Shown here one piece after another: positions 11,461 through 24,383 of a stretch of DNA of 64,000 nucleotides; position 1 is the stretch's first letter; the number at the start of each line of letters is the position of its first letter. The stretch covers positions 91,762,001-91,826,000 of the forward strand of contig NC_087436.1 of NCBI RefSeq assembly GCF_036321535.1, written 5' to 3'. A program made the position numbers and the translations under genes. The notes under the pieces were generated by a model, which worked only from the letters and a program-made list of their open reading frames with translations, was not told the origin of the DNA and searched no databases. The DNA comes from Camelus dromedarius (Eukaryota).

Positions 11461-14400
11461 ATAAACAAAGATTTGATGGATGGGACATAATATAGACATA
11501 CTTATAGACTACTAGAATATAAATATAGACTACTAGACATAAAGTAGACACAGTTGAAAACCTAATTCAAATTATTTCCCTTTGGTATATGAGCACTAGT
11601 ACGTAGAATGAATTAATTGCATTGGTGAATATGGGAGAGAGAAGTTAGAAGGTGTTCTGTACTACATAAGGTAAGCTCTTCAAGGATGCCATTTGTCTGA
11701 TCAGCTGGAGAGAATAATAGAGCACCTGACAAAAAGTTTATAAAAGAATTTTGAGGAAATGGGATTATAAAATTAACTGCAGAATATGAACTATGCCTAT
11801 ATTGAAGATTTGCTGAGAGCTGATCCAGTTTATAGGGTACAAAATGGTAATAAATTAAACATCCTCCAGATCACACACACTTTTTTTTTAAAGTGATTTT
11901 CCCAAGGGAAAAAAAAATCTGTATGGGAGTTTATTTCTATTAACTAAGGTAAAAGGGAGGAAAAATGGTTGTGTTAAGAAAACCACTTTTACTTGCATTA
12001 CTGCTGACAAGGCCAAACCCAGTAAAACAAATATGCTAGATTTCATCTGGCTAAATGATTAACTTGGCAAAAGCAGAAGTTGCTGACATGCTAATAAGAA
12101 AAGATTAATTTGTAAAAGATCTGTCATTGCCTCTGTAGAAGATTATGTAACTGCATGCTATATTTTTTTTTTCTAAAAAATATTCGTTAATGCTGAAATA
12201 TCTCCAGAAGATTGGAAACTCTTAAAAAAAATCTGAGGGCTATGCAAGGCAAATAGGTAAGACAATATTTTTATCTTCTTTCCAATTGCTTTTCTGTAAA
12301 CTATGTACTAACATGACATGGCATTCACTTCAACATCCTTATAAATGTGAAAACAGTGTGCTCTTCACTTCAAATTGGTTTTGACCCATGCGTATGTATA
12401 AAATGTGGCCTAAGCAAACACTTACTATTCTAGAGTATTTCTGATTCCCCTCACTTATTTATGTGATGAGAGCCCTCCTTCATTTTTATGCTTTTACAAT
12501 CTTTGAATTTCAAGGAACTATAATATCATGAAACAAGTCATGAAGTCATTGGTACCCAGGCCAGAATTAAGATATTTGATTTATCCTCTTTCTTTATGAT
12601 TTAAAGAGTGTATCCTAGGATTAAGAGCCCCTGGAACCAAAGTTCAATAGACAGAAACTTGATCCATACTTGTGAAAATGTCACATACCCTTGCATTGAA
12701 GAATTTCATGTCCTAGAGGCATATTTCCTTCACTGCTTCAGCCAGTAAAATTGTTTCTCCTCAATTGTTATCTGAACACATGGCCTAGACACATTTTCAT
12801 TTTGTTTCCTTTCTAGCATTTATACAGTACTTTAAAAATACTTCATCATTTTGAAATAATGAAACAAACTAAGAAAGTTAGTTGAAGTATCTTAGACAAG
12901 AAGAACAATTCTTATACCATGAGCTATGTGAACTCAGTTTGACATTGTATTGAAAATATGACCTTTCTTAAACTGGGTTATTAAAGGTGACTACAGGCAT
13001 TCTACATTAAGAAAGGAAGAAGAAAAAACACAGCAAATTATAGTTGTAAACCTATTGTGCTGACAAATAAAGAACCTGCTCACAATGTTCCTACTACTAC
13101 CTACTTATTTTAAAATATGGAAAACTTACTGATTTCATTTAAAGAGTATCCTTTGTCACTAACTGGAGTTTTAAATTAAATCACAGTGTGTTGAAATTAG
13201 TTTTAAATCGAAAGCTAGAGTACAAACCATAAATGGAAAGAGCTATATACATTTTAAATATACACTGGCTTGAAAGATTTTGTTAGTACTGTTAGAAAAT
13301 TTTTGTCCCTCAAGTGAAGAAAAGGATCTTCAAAGCTAAAGTAATTTTGATTTTTTAAATAATAGAATTCTTTCAGTTAGATAACTGACTACCAATGTAT
13401 GGAAAAAATAAGTTTTTATTATATCTCAGTATAGGATAGCTAAAACAACAGAAGTCACTGTGATTAAAATGTCACCCAAGTAGTAGGACCTCTTCATTAT
13501 GCCTCTTGGATATATTCCCAGTCTCTCTTCAAATAAAGTTCTGTAGTCCTTCGCCCTTGAAAATGTTGCCTCGTATCTCTACCATGGGTCTTAATTAAAA
13601 TTCTCATTTTATGTGTGTATATATTAACTAAGAATCATAAAGAATTATTTTCCATGAGATTCTATTGTTGACATCAGGTCTTTATTTGTGCATTTTTTTT
13701 TTCACTTGGACCATCTTATCCGACTACATCAGAACAAATATCCGAGAATTTATCCCAACAACTGTGGTATACCACACAGTTTTAAAAAATAATGACTTAA
13801 ACCCTAACAAAAATGATTTTTAAAATACACAGTCTATCCAGGATACGAGTCATTATTCAATTATTAGATGTATGGAAAGAAAAGAAATATTTGGGCTTTT
13901 TCTCCGGAATTGCTATATTTTCTATGAAGGTCCATCGATGATTGGGAAACAATATAGCTACTGATATACCATAACATTAAATTAGATGTAATTAGTCTAA
14001 CGCTAGTAGGGAGAAAGTGTTCATAGTGACCACATGAATAAAGAATTTCTCTTTGAAGTTCTTTAAGTAAGTATTCCTATATGATTAAAATTGTTCAAGG
14101 TTCAGGGAATATCTGTTATATCTATTGGATTTGATCTTATGAACAAGTCTACTTCTCACCTTCTGTCCTTAATAGCGCTGCAGATTCTAATCATTTTCTT
14201 TCTCTTTGCCTTTCAAGAGTGATATGTACAAATCCTTTATATTATCCTCATAATGCAGCCTTCCTGATTTCAAATTACTTTGATTACTTTAGTTACCCTT
14301 ATCCATGGTTTCGCAAGGTCCTTAAATCAACCTTTGAATTATGTAAAACATTTCATTTGTGAACATTCAATGATCATGTGCAAGAATCACATCATGATTA

Positions 14401-14896
14401 CTTTTTTCCCCTGAACTATACTTTTCTTTTGATGACCCAAATTATTCTTTCTACATAGAAGTGCAAAGCATCAATAGCCTAAGAGAGTGGTCTAAAATTT
14501 TTCCTACATGTATTTCTTTGAATATTAATTACATAGATTCCATCATCCTCTTAGTATACTTTGGATTGTTTTCTCCTAAGTATTAATTTTTACTTTCACA
14601 TATTTAAGCTTTCCATTGTCTTATGCAAATGAAGAAAATGATATATTTCTTATTTTTGTTGATGGTGGCACACAGACCTAGCCTACCTTTCCTGATACAA
14701 TGACCCCCTACCCTCCTGGGTGATTATTGTATTATGCAGGGAAGGAAAATAAAAATTGTGAAGTTGACCAAGAAAGGCTGGAGGACAGGATTTTGCAATG
14801 CTTCCTTAAGAGCAGCCCTACAGGTCACTTTGCACATTTTCCCTGTTATACTTTGACTTTGGAAGATACAATCTCCTCATTACCAAAATTCTGACA

Positions 14897-15262
14897 GTAT
14901 TAGTCAGCCAGAGCTGCTATAACAATATAGCACAGACTCAGTGGCTTAAACAATGAAAATTTATATTCTCACAGTTCTGGAGGCTGGAAGTCCAAAATCA
15001 AGGTGTGGGCAGGTTTGTTTACTCTTGAGGCCTCTCTCTTTGCCTTGAAGATGGCTGCCTTTTTGCTGTGGCCTCGTATGGTCTTTCTTCTATGTTCGTG
15101 CATCCCTGATGTGTCTTCCTCCTCTTACAAAGACAACGGTTTTATTAGATTAGGGCATTGAACCTTAATTACTGCGTTAAAAGCCTCATCTCTAAATACA
15201 GTTGCACTAGAGGTTAGAGTTTCATTGTGTGAATTTGGGAGGTACAGAATTCAGTCTATAAA
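14897..15262 (-). mobile_element. MaLR solo LTR (MLT1A/B-like)
   Basis: GTATTAGTC…GCTGCTATAACA…GTGGCTTAAACAA…TCTCACAGTTCTGGAGGCTGGAAGTCCAAAATCAAGGTG…AATTCAGTCTATAA. Confidence 0.9.
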
Positions 15263-15729
15263 AATAGGCTTTATCTTCTTTAAAAAAAAAAAAAAAAGAA
15301 TCCAAAAGGCCAAAGCTCATAGCTGTGAAAAATCTTTGGCACCAGTAACAAGGGTGAGACGGAGTCATGCTCCCAAGGTGTATTATTATGTATACAACAG
15401 ATTTATTTCTGTTAAATCCCTTTAGAGGACAATTTCCTCATTTTAACTACACCAGAAATTAATGTAGAAAAGAAGGAAGTACTTGGTATTATTTTTCTGG
15501 AATAACTTATTTTTGTCTTTGCAATTGAATCCTTTATTAGAGCCAGACTGCAGGAGAGGTATCTGCACATTTACCAGGGTATGCATTATGCAATTGCTTT
15601 ACTAAGTCATCCATGTTAATGGATACCAGAAAACAGAAACAAATGAAAAGACAACATTATGTCCATAAACCCATGGGTGATGTTTCTCCTTAAATACCTC
15701 ATATGATTCCTTAAGAGTCACCCAGCACA

Positions 15730-16040
15730 GAGTTATCTTTCAGTATCTATGGGCATTGGCTCCAGGACCCTCCACAGTTACCAAAATCTACTGATGCTCA
15801 AGTCCCTATATAAAATGGCTTAGTATTTGCCTATAACCTATGCAAACCCTTACGTATACTTTAAATCATCTCTATGTTACTTATAATACCTAAGACAATG
15901 TAAGTGCTATGTAAATAGTTGTCAGCACTCCAAACTCAAGTTTTGCTTTCCAGAACTTTATGGATTTTTTAAAAATATGTTTGATCCACATTTAGTTGAA
16001 TCTGCATATGTGGAACCCACAGATACAGAGGACTGATGGT
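15730..16040 (+). mobile_element. MER2-like Tigger-derived (TcMar) non-autonomous DNA transposon
   Basis: TTGGCTCCAGGACCC…TACCAAAATC…GATGCTCAAGTCCC…ATAAAATGG…TATACTTTAAATCATCTCT…GTTGAATC…GGAACCCACAGATACAGAGG. Confidence 0.9.
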
Positions 16041-17847
16041 ATAAGAAATAGAAAACCACCTTCAAACTCAATTCAGTTAATATTGGCCTATCCAAGAAAA
16101 AGTCCCCAGAATCTCAATTTAATACATATTTTTTGAATTATTTATATCTCTTTGCTGTAGTGAGCCCTTGCAACTTCAGATCTTCAGGAACAAGGCAAAG
16201 CAGATGACTCACACCATAGCTTTATAACATGCTTTTCTTAGGTACCTGGTCTTCTAGAGCATCTGAGATTTCCTGCACAATATAACTTAATCAGCAATGC
16301 TTCACAAGAAAATACAAATACATGCAGAAGAAATGTATCACTCTGAGTTTACTGTGGGTTTTCAAGGATATAATGAGAATGGGCAGATTTTGTATGTGTG
16401 TGTGGTTGACCTGTATTGGTTTCAGATTTTATTACTAAATAAATGATGTGAGAAGGAATAAATGAGCCTCTTCCTTTAAGTTCATTTTTCTAATCATTCA
16501 TTGTTTCAGAGCAACAAAAAATCTCTTCCAGCCTACTGAATTATTACCTTCTCACCCTCCTTCTCCCATTCCTCTCCTCTTTCATCTGGTTTTGTTTTTA
16601 ATGTGTGTATATATTGGACTGTTACCAACATAATGAAAATGACCAATTGGAGAGAAAACAAGGTGAACAAATTTTCACTATGAAAAAGAAGTTTGCTAGG
16701 TCAGCAAAGCATAAGGGGCATGCCTGCTCTATGTGAATTGGAAAAGAGTGAACAGTCATTCTTCAAAATGAAAAAGAGGATAAGAAATGTGGACTTCCAA
16801 ATGATTTCCTTAAAGGAAATTAATTCCAGCCCCTAACATATAAGGTTTTAACAATAATGAAAACAAAGTTCTTCTTAGTAAAGTATTCTCTGTTAGACTG
16901 TATATAATCAAGTAATCAATATTTGCTGTGCAGTGGCAAATAATATAGTTGACTCAGAGAAGGAAGAAAGGGTATTATATTCAAAACATATTTTATACAT
17001 TTCAACAGGAGACAGTTCAAATTCTCTTCAGAAACACCTGTAGTAAAGATTTAAAGCTAATGATGAAAGCAAGTAGGGAAAATGTGGAACGGGTCTCTGT
17101 AGCCTCCTTTTAATAGTGATACATTTGTTTTGTTTTGTTTTGTTTTTGTTTTCTTTTCCTTAAGCATGAAGATGCTCATTCTGCTGAGTCATGGGGAAAA
17201 AAAAAACAAAGCAAGAAGCCATGCACCCCTGAGAAAGATGAGATAGAAATAAAACTTTGACATGCCATCACAAAAGCTAAAAGGATTCATGTTTCACTAA
17301 GTCTGTGTTCTTGACAGATATTTAAAATGAAAATAGCTTAGTTAACTCTGAAAGGGAAGTGGCTAGGAGGAGGAATTTGGAGGCTCACTTTGAAAAGACA
17401 GGCAACCTATTTTTGGTTGTCCCAGGGTTTTCTGAGAATTAGAGGTTTTCTTGAAGGGATAAAGAAAATGGAAGGAAGTTAAGAGAAATGAATTCCAGTC
17501 AGTATGAACCAAATATCACACAGTCTCTGGAGCTGAATTGACTTTACAGTAATTATTATGGCACATTTATGTCTGTAGTTTTCTCATGGGGAAAATTTAA
17601 TCCAAATTACTCTACATTTTGTTATTGTCTAACTTTAAAGTACATGTTAAATGTTTGATCACAACTGACAATGTCTGGGAGAAAAACGCTATTTTCATCA
17701 TTTACCTGGTCAAAAATGCTTGATGCCTCAGTAGTATTTACAGTATGAAGTCATCATCCATAATATGGCATTTCAGTATTTCTAGCACATATCCTTAATC
17801 TAGTTCTTAATATATTACCTCCTGGGATTATATTCTCAATCTCCAAG

Positions 17848-18195
17848 TGTAATGGGCTCAATTGTGTCTCCCCAAAATTGATGTGCTGAAGTCCTTAAAG
17901 AGATGATTAAGTTAAAATGGAGTCATTAGGGTGCATCCTAATCCGATATGACTAGTGTCCTTAAAAGAAGAATATATTAGGACAGAAACAACATAGACAA
18001 AGGGAAAACAATGTGAGGACACAGTGGGAAGCTGGTCACCTCAAGTAAAGGAGAGAGGACTCAGAAGAAACCACTCTGCAGACACCTTGATCTTGGACTT
18101 CTAGACTCCAGAATTGTGAAAAAATACATTTCTGTTGTTTAAGGCATCTAGTCTGTGGTATTTTTTTTTTATGGGAACCCTAACAAAGTAATACA
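17848..18195 (+). mobile_element. MaLR solo LTR (MLT1A/B-like)
   Basis: TGTAATGGGCTCAATTGTGTCTCCCCAAAATT…GACACCTTGATCTTGGACTTCTAG…CCAGAATTGTGA…TAATACA. Confidence 0.9.
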
Positions 18196-18599
18196 TCTAA
18201 TTTTAGTTAAAGTTGACTAAAATTTTTCCAAAAGAAAGTCTAGTATTTATTGACTATTTATTGAACATTTCCTAAATGTCAAATATATATATATAAAGTA
18301 AAACTATATATATAGTTTTACTTTAAAAACCTGAAAGAGGATTAATATTATTCGTGTTTTAAAGATATCACTACTCTGCCCCTAAATTATGTGGTTGTTA
18401 GCACTGGTTACACTATTTGAATTTTACTCTTACATGTTATAATATTCTATCTTCCCAGTATGAACTCTTCATAATCTTACCCATTCCAGCTTAATTTCTT
18501 TTCTTTTCTGGAGCCCTGGTTGTTGGACTCTTGATCAAGAGTCTGTTCACTATACCAAGCATTCTATATCAGACATCCCCAATGTTAAAATTACAATAA

Positions 18600-18800
18600 A
18601 TTTAAGAGCAAGTTCAGTACAGTGGAAGGAGAACAGACCATCTTAATTCTACTGATCAATCTTTCCATGACGTGAGCCTTCCTAACCTTTGTGGACTTTG
18701 TACCTTCATCTGAGGAATGGGGTTACCCCTGACAGAAAGGCTCTTCCTGTGGTTTAATGTAAGTCTGTACACAGTGCCTGGTTATTAACAGACTCATATT
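18600..18800 (+). mobile_element. MIR SINE (degenerate)
   Basis: CAGTACAGTGGAAGGAGAACAGAC…CCTAACCTTTGTGGACTTTGTACCTTCATCTG…ACAGTGCCTGG. Confidence 0.55.
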
Positions 18801-19159
18801 CATCAATTAGATCACAAATAGCCTTTAACATAAAATCTGTGACTCTATCATAAGATTTCTCGTATTTGTGAGTCTATATAACTAGAACTTTAAGTCTTTT
18901 TTTTAAAATATCTGATATTTCTAAGTCTTGACAATAAAAATTTCATTATTTTCACAGTAGTATCACTACAGCAAAACAAATATTCTTTGGATCAGTATCC
19001 TCAGCTAAGAATTGTTTTCTCAATAGGTACTGCTAAGCTCATAATCAATCGTGAAATTACTGAGAGCAAGAGTTGTTGTTAACTTGAGTTGACAGGCAAC
19101 ATAAGCCAAAGTAAAGAATTATTAAGAAGAAAATTCTGCCCTCCATTATTACTTTATTT

Positions 19160-19680
19160 GTTGATTCATTCACTCAATAAGTAGCTAATGAATGACTAAC
19201 ATGTGCAAAGCACTGAGATGATACAGAATTTACAAGAATAAATCAAGAAGGACAGTGTTAATAGGAAATGCATAAAAATGATTAATACATGATAAAAGTG
19301 AAGGTTTTCATACCAGAACTGCACAAAAAAATGCCAAGAGTCTGTAGGTTGAAGAAATTATTTTTTAACTGACTTGATTAAGACAGACAATATAGAAGGC
19401 ATGTAATTTAAACTGAATTGTAAGAGATGAGAAGTATTTAGTCCTTAAGGAAATAGGAATGTGGAAGAAGCAAAATATGTTTTTAATGAAGATGAGGATG
19501 CACTAGACATATATTCTATGCCTCAGTGGTTCTGCTTAGCTATAATGTAGCTTTCCTGATGGAAAACAATTGAAATTAAGCTGGAAATTGTGAATGTGTT
19601 GAATGCCAGAATTAAGAAGTTTTGATTCTGAATAAAATAGAGATTAGTTACAGATTTTTGCACAAGAATACATTACTCAA
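19160..19680 (-). mobile_element. L2 LINE 3' fragment
   Basis: ATTCATTCACTCAATAAGTA…TGAATGACTAACATGTGCAAAGCACTG followed by purine-rich L2-like text. Confidence 0.6.
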
Positions 19681-21249
19681 TTAAAGCAGTGACATTTCTC
19701 TAAGTGTACCTCACTCTCCAGTTCACTCTAACAAGGGCCAGGACTAGCCTGATATTTGAGTTACAAATCAGTATATCTCTGCTCTTGCACTCAAGTTTAG
19801 TAAATGTAGACTCTTTAAAATTCCTCTGGATCAGAAGCTTCAATCTATTACCTACAAATGGTCTTTAGGAGTTCCATGAACTAGGCATAGCCCAGAAGAA
19901 TATGTCACAATCATACACACATACACACGCACACACACACGTATAAACATACACACACATCAATTTGATTGTCTTTCTGTCATGTTGAGAAACGTCTATT
20001 TGTATATGGAGGAAATACATCAATATTTTTATGTCTTTGCTATAAATAGTATAATATGCTGCTGTGCTTACATATGTGAGTATAGTCATTACTCACACCA
20101 CATTTTATTTAAAATAGTTTCTGGCTGATATAATTTAATCAACACACATCTCTTTGTCATTGTTTATATTGGGCTTAACTTCAGTTGGAAACTGTCAAAG
20201 TAAAGAAGGTTAAATAAAATTAAAATTATTTTTGATTTTAATTTCATTGAAGAATGTAATTGGCCATAAAACCACAGTATTTATAAAGGCGCAAATATTT
20301 TTGCCAATGGTAACCTAAAGCCTTTAAGGCTGAGAAAACTGCTCAAATGTGTCCAACCTGAGAATGTGTCACAGCATTGGTATTTCTCATGAGAAGTTAG
20401 CTTTGTTTCAAGAACCTGGGAATTAAAGCTATCTTGAATCAAATCCGTCCCATGAAGCAGCCTACAGTACCACATATTCCATTTCCAATCATCAAACAGA
20501 GCTGTTCACAGTTGGAGAGAACTTGATACAACCATATTTCCTGGCAATGAATAAGCTGGTTTGTAGCTTATTTGGGAAGAAAAGTGAAGCAGTACTTGTG
20601 ACAAATGATCCCACCCACAATAGAAACATTTGTCTTCTAACATTAGAGAAGGTCATGAAGAATTAGTGATGCTGCCTTTTCTTATCAGCATGCCGCTACA
20701 CGAAACTACTGAAACCTCTTTGTGCAGCCAAATCTTAGATTTCAGCTTATAATGTACTTGGATGACATCAGAAAATGATTTCTATTTGGAGAGTTCCGTT
20801 TAGAATCTTCAAAATCCTCTGAATTTCCCCTGCTATTAAAATCTTAAACTGAAAGTAAATGCTTGATCCGCTGTTCAGAAATGAAATAACTGCAGTAGCT
20901 GGTAATACTGCTTTTGCTGTTTGGGCAAAGAAAAATATGTAAACGAGTCATGGTTCATAAAAGTTGTCAAATTCTAGCCACGGATTTTGGAAGAAAGCTT
21001 GGATTTTTGCTGTGAGACATTGATTTCAGAGAAGCTACTGATCCCCACTTTTTAAATGCTTTGCACAAGAATTGAAAGCAGAAGACTGAGGTTGCTTTCT
21101 TGTGGCAGAGAATTTTTCATCTCCCAAAAAGTAAATCCTAAAATGTTTTAATGGACTTCAGGCAGCTGTTTATTTTTTTAAATGAACAAGAAAGCCTAGC
21201 TCAAAATAATTGGACAGGAAGCTGTTCATTCAAGGCTTCCTTTATTCAG

Positions 21250-22440
21250 TGAAAACTTTCGATATATAATCAAGTCTATTTTTAACTGCTTTATCTCAAA
21301 GCTTCTGAGAGAAGTATGCTAAAATTTCCCATTATAATTTCTGATTTACATTTACACTGTGATTCTGTGAAAAGTTACTTAATGTATATTTGAAATAGTC
21401 TGTATTTCATGTTCATGATGAATATAACTTCGTCATCTATTGTGCCTTTTACAAGATCTCTTTTCTTTGACCCATTTTCTTTCTCTCACCTTAAATTCTA
21501 TTATAACCATTGTTAAGGTTGTTACCTCCAACTTTATAATGATTTGTATTTGCCTAGTATTCTTTTTCATTTTTAACTTCAATATATTTTTAAGAAAAAT
21601 ATCTTGAAAAATTGTGGGCCTTATTTTTAATTCAATCTAAATGTCTTTCTAATTGAAAGATTAAGCCAATAGACACTTCTTTGAAAATCCTGTTATGTTA
21701 TAACTCATATGTGTTTTACATTAATTATATTTTACATTCATTTTTTTCTCCATTTAGGAGTCTACTGGATTGATTGACCTGTCTTCTGGTTGTTTCAAAG
21801 TTATACATGTGTTCCACACTATTCAGAAACACTGTTCATTGTTCTTCATTTTTTTTTCCTTCTTTTCTTTATACTGAATAATCTCTATTCATCTCTCTTT
21901 ACCATCTTTGTTGATTTTTCCTTTTGGGAGCAGCTAAAATTTACTCTTGAATGCTTCTAGTGAATTTCTAAATGTCAGTTTCTTTTCAACTTCAGAATTT
22001 TTAATCTTTGTTCCTTTATAGATATTATTTATTTGATGACATATCTTCATCATATCTTCCTTGGATTCTTTAAGCTTGGTTTCCCAGGCTTGGACTGGAT
22101 CCAGTGGGAAAGACAGCCCAGCATTCTTGGCTGCATATGCCCTGTGTAGAGCACTGGGTTGGAGTTTCCATAACAGGGAGCTGGAGAATAGGATAAGGGA
22201 GAAATTCACAGTTGGAATGTCATAGACTCATGTTCTTATCAAGATTTAGCAGATTTTCTTGAATTAATGTTTCTCTATTTTCTTTGTTTCCTATCTCTTG
22301 TATTTCCATATCCTGTATCCATTCCTGCCATTAGGACAATTTCCAGAGGCTAATTTAAGTGACTTATTTTATAATTTTCACATTAAATTGTTATTAGGAA
22401 AATGTTCCATCAAGACTTTTACTCTGCCATTCTGAAGCTC
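21250..22440 (-). mobile_element. Ancient L1M remnant (5'UTR/ORF1/ORF2-start pieces)
   Basis: T-rich degenerate L1 antisense text (CTGAGAGAAGTATGCTAAAATTTCCCATTATAATT…; TTCTAGTGAATTTCTAAATGTCAGTTTCTTTTCAACTTCAGAATTTT). Confidence 0.6.
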
Positions 22441-22672
22441 TGTCCCACCATTGTGAATGAATATTTGATTCTGCATAGCATGCTCAGGAAAAAGGACAAT
22501 GTTGAGCATTTTGCTGCAGCTTGTATGTTGGAGGCACTAGGAGATGATGTTAAAAGATATGTTAGTACTACGTGGTAAAACCTATACTCAGGATTTGGAC
22601 TGGATCCCATGGATAAGAGAAAGCCATCCAAAAAGTTTAAATAAAATAGTTATATAATAACATGTGTTGTGA

Positions 22673-23391
22673 TGTTGGGGAAATACAGTTAAAAACCATA
22701 ATCCCCTGCCAATCCCAATTCTCTCCAAAAAAGAAAGAAAACATTTTTATTATTGTATAAGCATTAAACCAATATAAGATGTGTTCCACAGGCAATCTGC
22801 TAAAGGGATTGTAAAGACCAAAAAAAAAAAAAACAAAAAAACAAACAAACAAAAAACTCTCCCTGTTATATAGCCAAGTAGATACAACCCACTAGATTAC
22901 TGTTCTTGCAATAAACAATAACTAATCCTCAATAAGAGGACTTGATGGACCATTTGTCACACATAGTTTATCCTAACACCTGGTAATTGGGGTGGTCATC
23001 TATGTTAACTAATGGACTTAATCCAAGGGAAAAATAAATTTCTCATACCTTTTTGACAAGGGGTTTGTATCTTGAAGGTAGGCACCGGCTAAATTTAGGC
23101 TCTGACCTCCCCATAAAAATTGGGAAATACGGGGACAGGAGGCTTCCCCTATTGATGATTTTAATTCAAAGAGATGGCTTTGAAAACGGCATTTATGGTT
23201 TTAAAACTGGAAAGAAGGCTTATTTAGCTTTTAAAAGATTTATATAGATCTCAAAGTCAGAGAAATAAGTGCCAAGTTTTCTAAGGAAAATACTCCAAGA
23301 AAAAGGAAGGGAAAAAAGATCTCTTTCCCTATTTATACCAGTGAAAATTCTCTTCCTTAAACATTTTTTTCCATGTATATTTACCTTTACA
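22673..23391 (-). mobile_element. ERV1-class solo LTR (subfamily not assigned)
   Basis: TG…CA termini (minus strand TGTAAAGGTAAAT…TATTTCCCCAACA), minus-strand AATAAA near 22746-22751, 4-bp TSD GTGA/GTTA. Confidence 0.65.
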
Positions 23392-23679
23392 GTTATAACA
23401 TCATTCAGTTCAAAATGAGAAGGTTTGTGACATGTGCTTATTATTCATTGATCTTGGAAAAATCAATTATACAAATCTCTCTGCATAAAGAATAACTGAA
23501 GCAAAATGATACTGCACTTGTATAACAGCTTGCTTTCCTTGCAGTGTTGCTGATCTAATCTTACTGAAAGCCCAGCAGGACATATTGGGAGAACTGAATA
23601 TGTGAAGAAAATCTGTTTTCTTCCACATTTTATGGGAGCAACAGTCACTATCTCCCACAAAACTGTGCCTTTGGTTCAT

Positions 23680-24383
23680 ACAGAAGAGGAGCAGAATTTG
23701 TCTTCCACAAATATGTCTCTTTGGCATAAGGATTATTTTAAGCTAGCTATTTTTAAGAAATTGCAGGGGGGCATGTAGAGATCTGCAGTAGAGTTCATAC
23801 TCAGCATGCATCCAATCCCCAGGACCTCCATTTAAAAATAAAATAAATAAATAAACCTAATTACCTCCCCCCAAAAAAACAACAAAAGTAAGTAAATAAA
23901 TAAAAAGAAAGAAAGAAACTGCAGACACAGGAGAAGCTCTGAAAACCTGGTGAAAGTTACCCTCCTGTAAGAGAAATTTACATTTATAAGGAAGATCTCA
24001 ATTTGTAAAGGTGTCTCTCTGTATATACACTAGGAAGTGGAGGATGAAAAAAATCTCTAGAAACTCTTATTAATGGTGAAGGCAGTAATTTAAATCTATA
24101 TACTAACCATAAACTTGTTTACCGTGCTTTTCCTGGTAACCTCCAGAACTGGCCTTTCCTATCCAACTTTTTTTTTTTTTCTTTAAATAGAGACGGTATT
24201 TAAGATGGTGTGTTGGGCCATTTGGGAAGTTATTTATTTTTTCTGGATTTCTCCCACCTATATAGAAAGTATACATGCTATTAAATTTGTTTGCTTTTCT
24301 CCTAATTAACCTGTCCTCTATTATAGGAGGCTCTCAGCCAAGAACCTGGAGGGTAGAGGGAAAATTATTTTTCTTCTCCCACA
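23680..24383 (+). mobile_element. MER34-like ERV1 LTR, interrupted by a SINE
   Basis: AAATATGTCTCTTTGGCATAAGGATTATTTTAAGCT…GAAATTTACATTTATAAGGAA…GGGTAGAGGGAAAATTATTTTTCTTCTCCCACA. Confidence 0.85.
23767..23912 (+). mobile_element. Camelid Vic-1-like tRNA-derived SINE
   Basis: GGGGG…GTAGAG…CAGCATGCA…CAATCCCCAG-ACCTCCATTTAAAAATAAA…AAACCTAATTACCTCCCCCC plus A-rich tail; TSD AAGAAATTGCAG (23755-23766) / AAGAAACTGCAG (23913-23924). Confidence 0.85.

Noticed and set aside
14897..18195. Two MLT1 LTRs 2.6 kb apart as a possible provirus
   Set aside because: They are in opposite orientation and the intervening DNA is not MaLR-internal, so they are independent solo LTRs.
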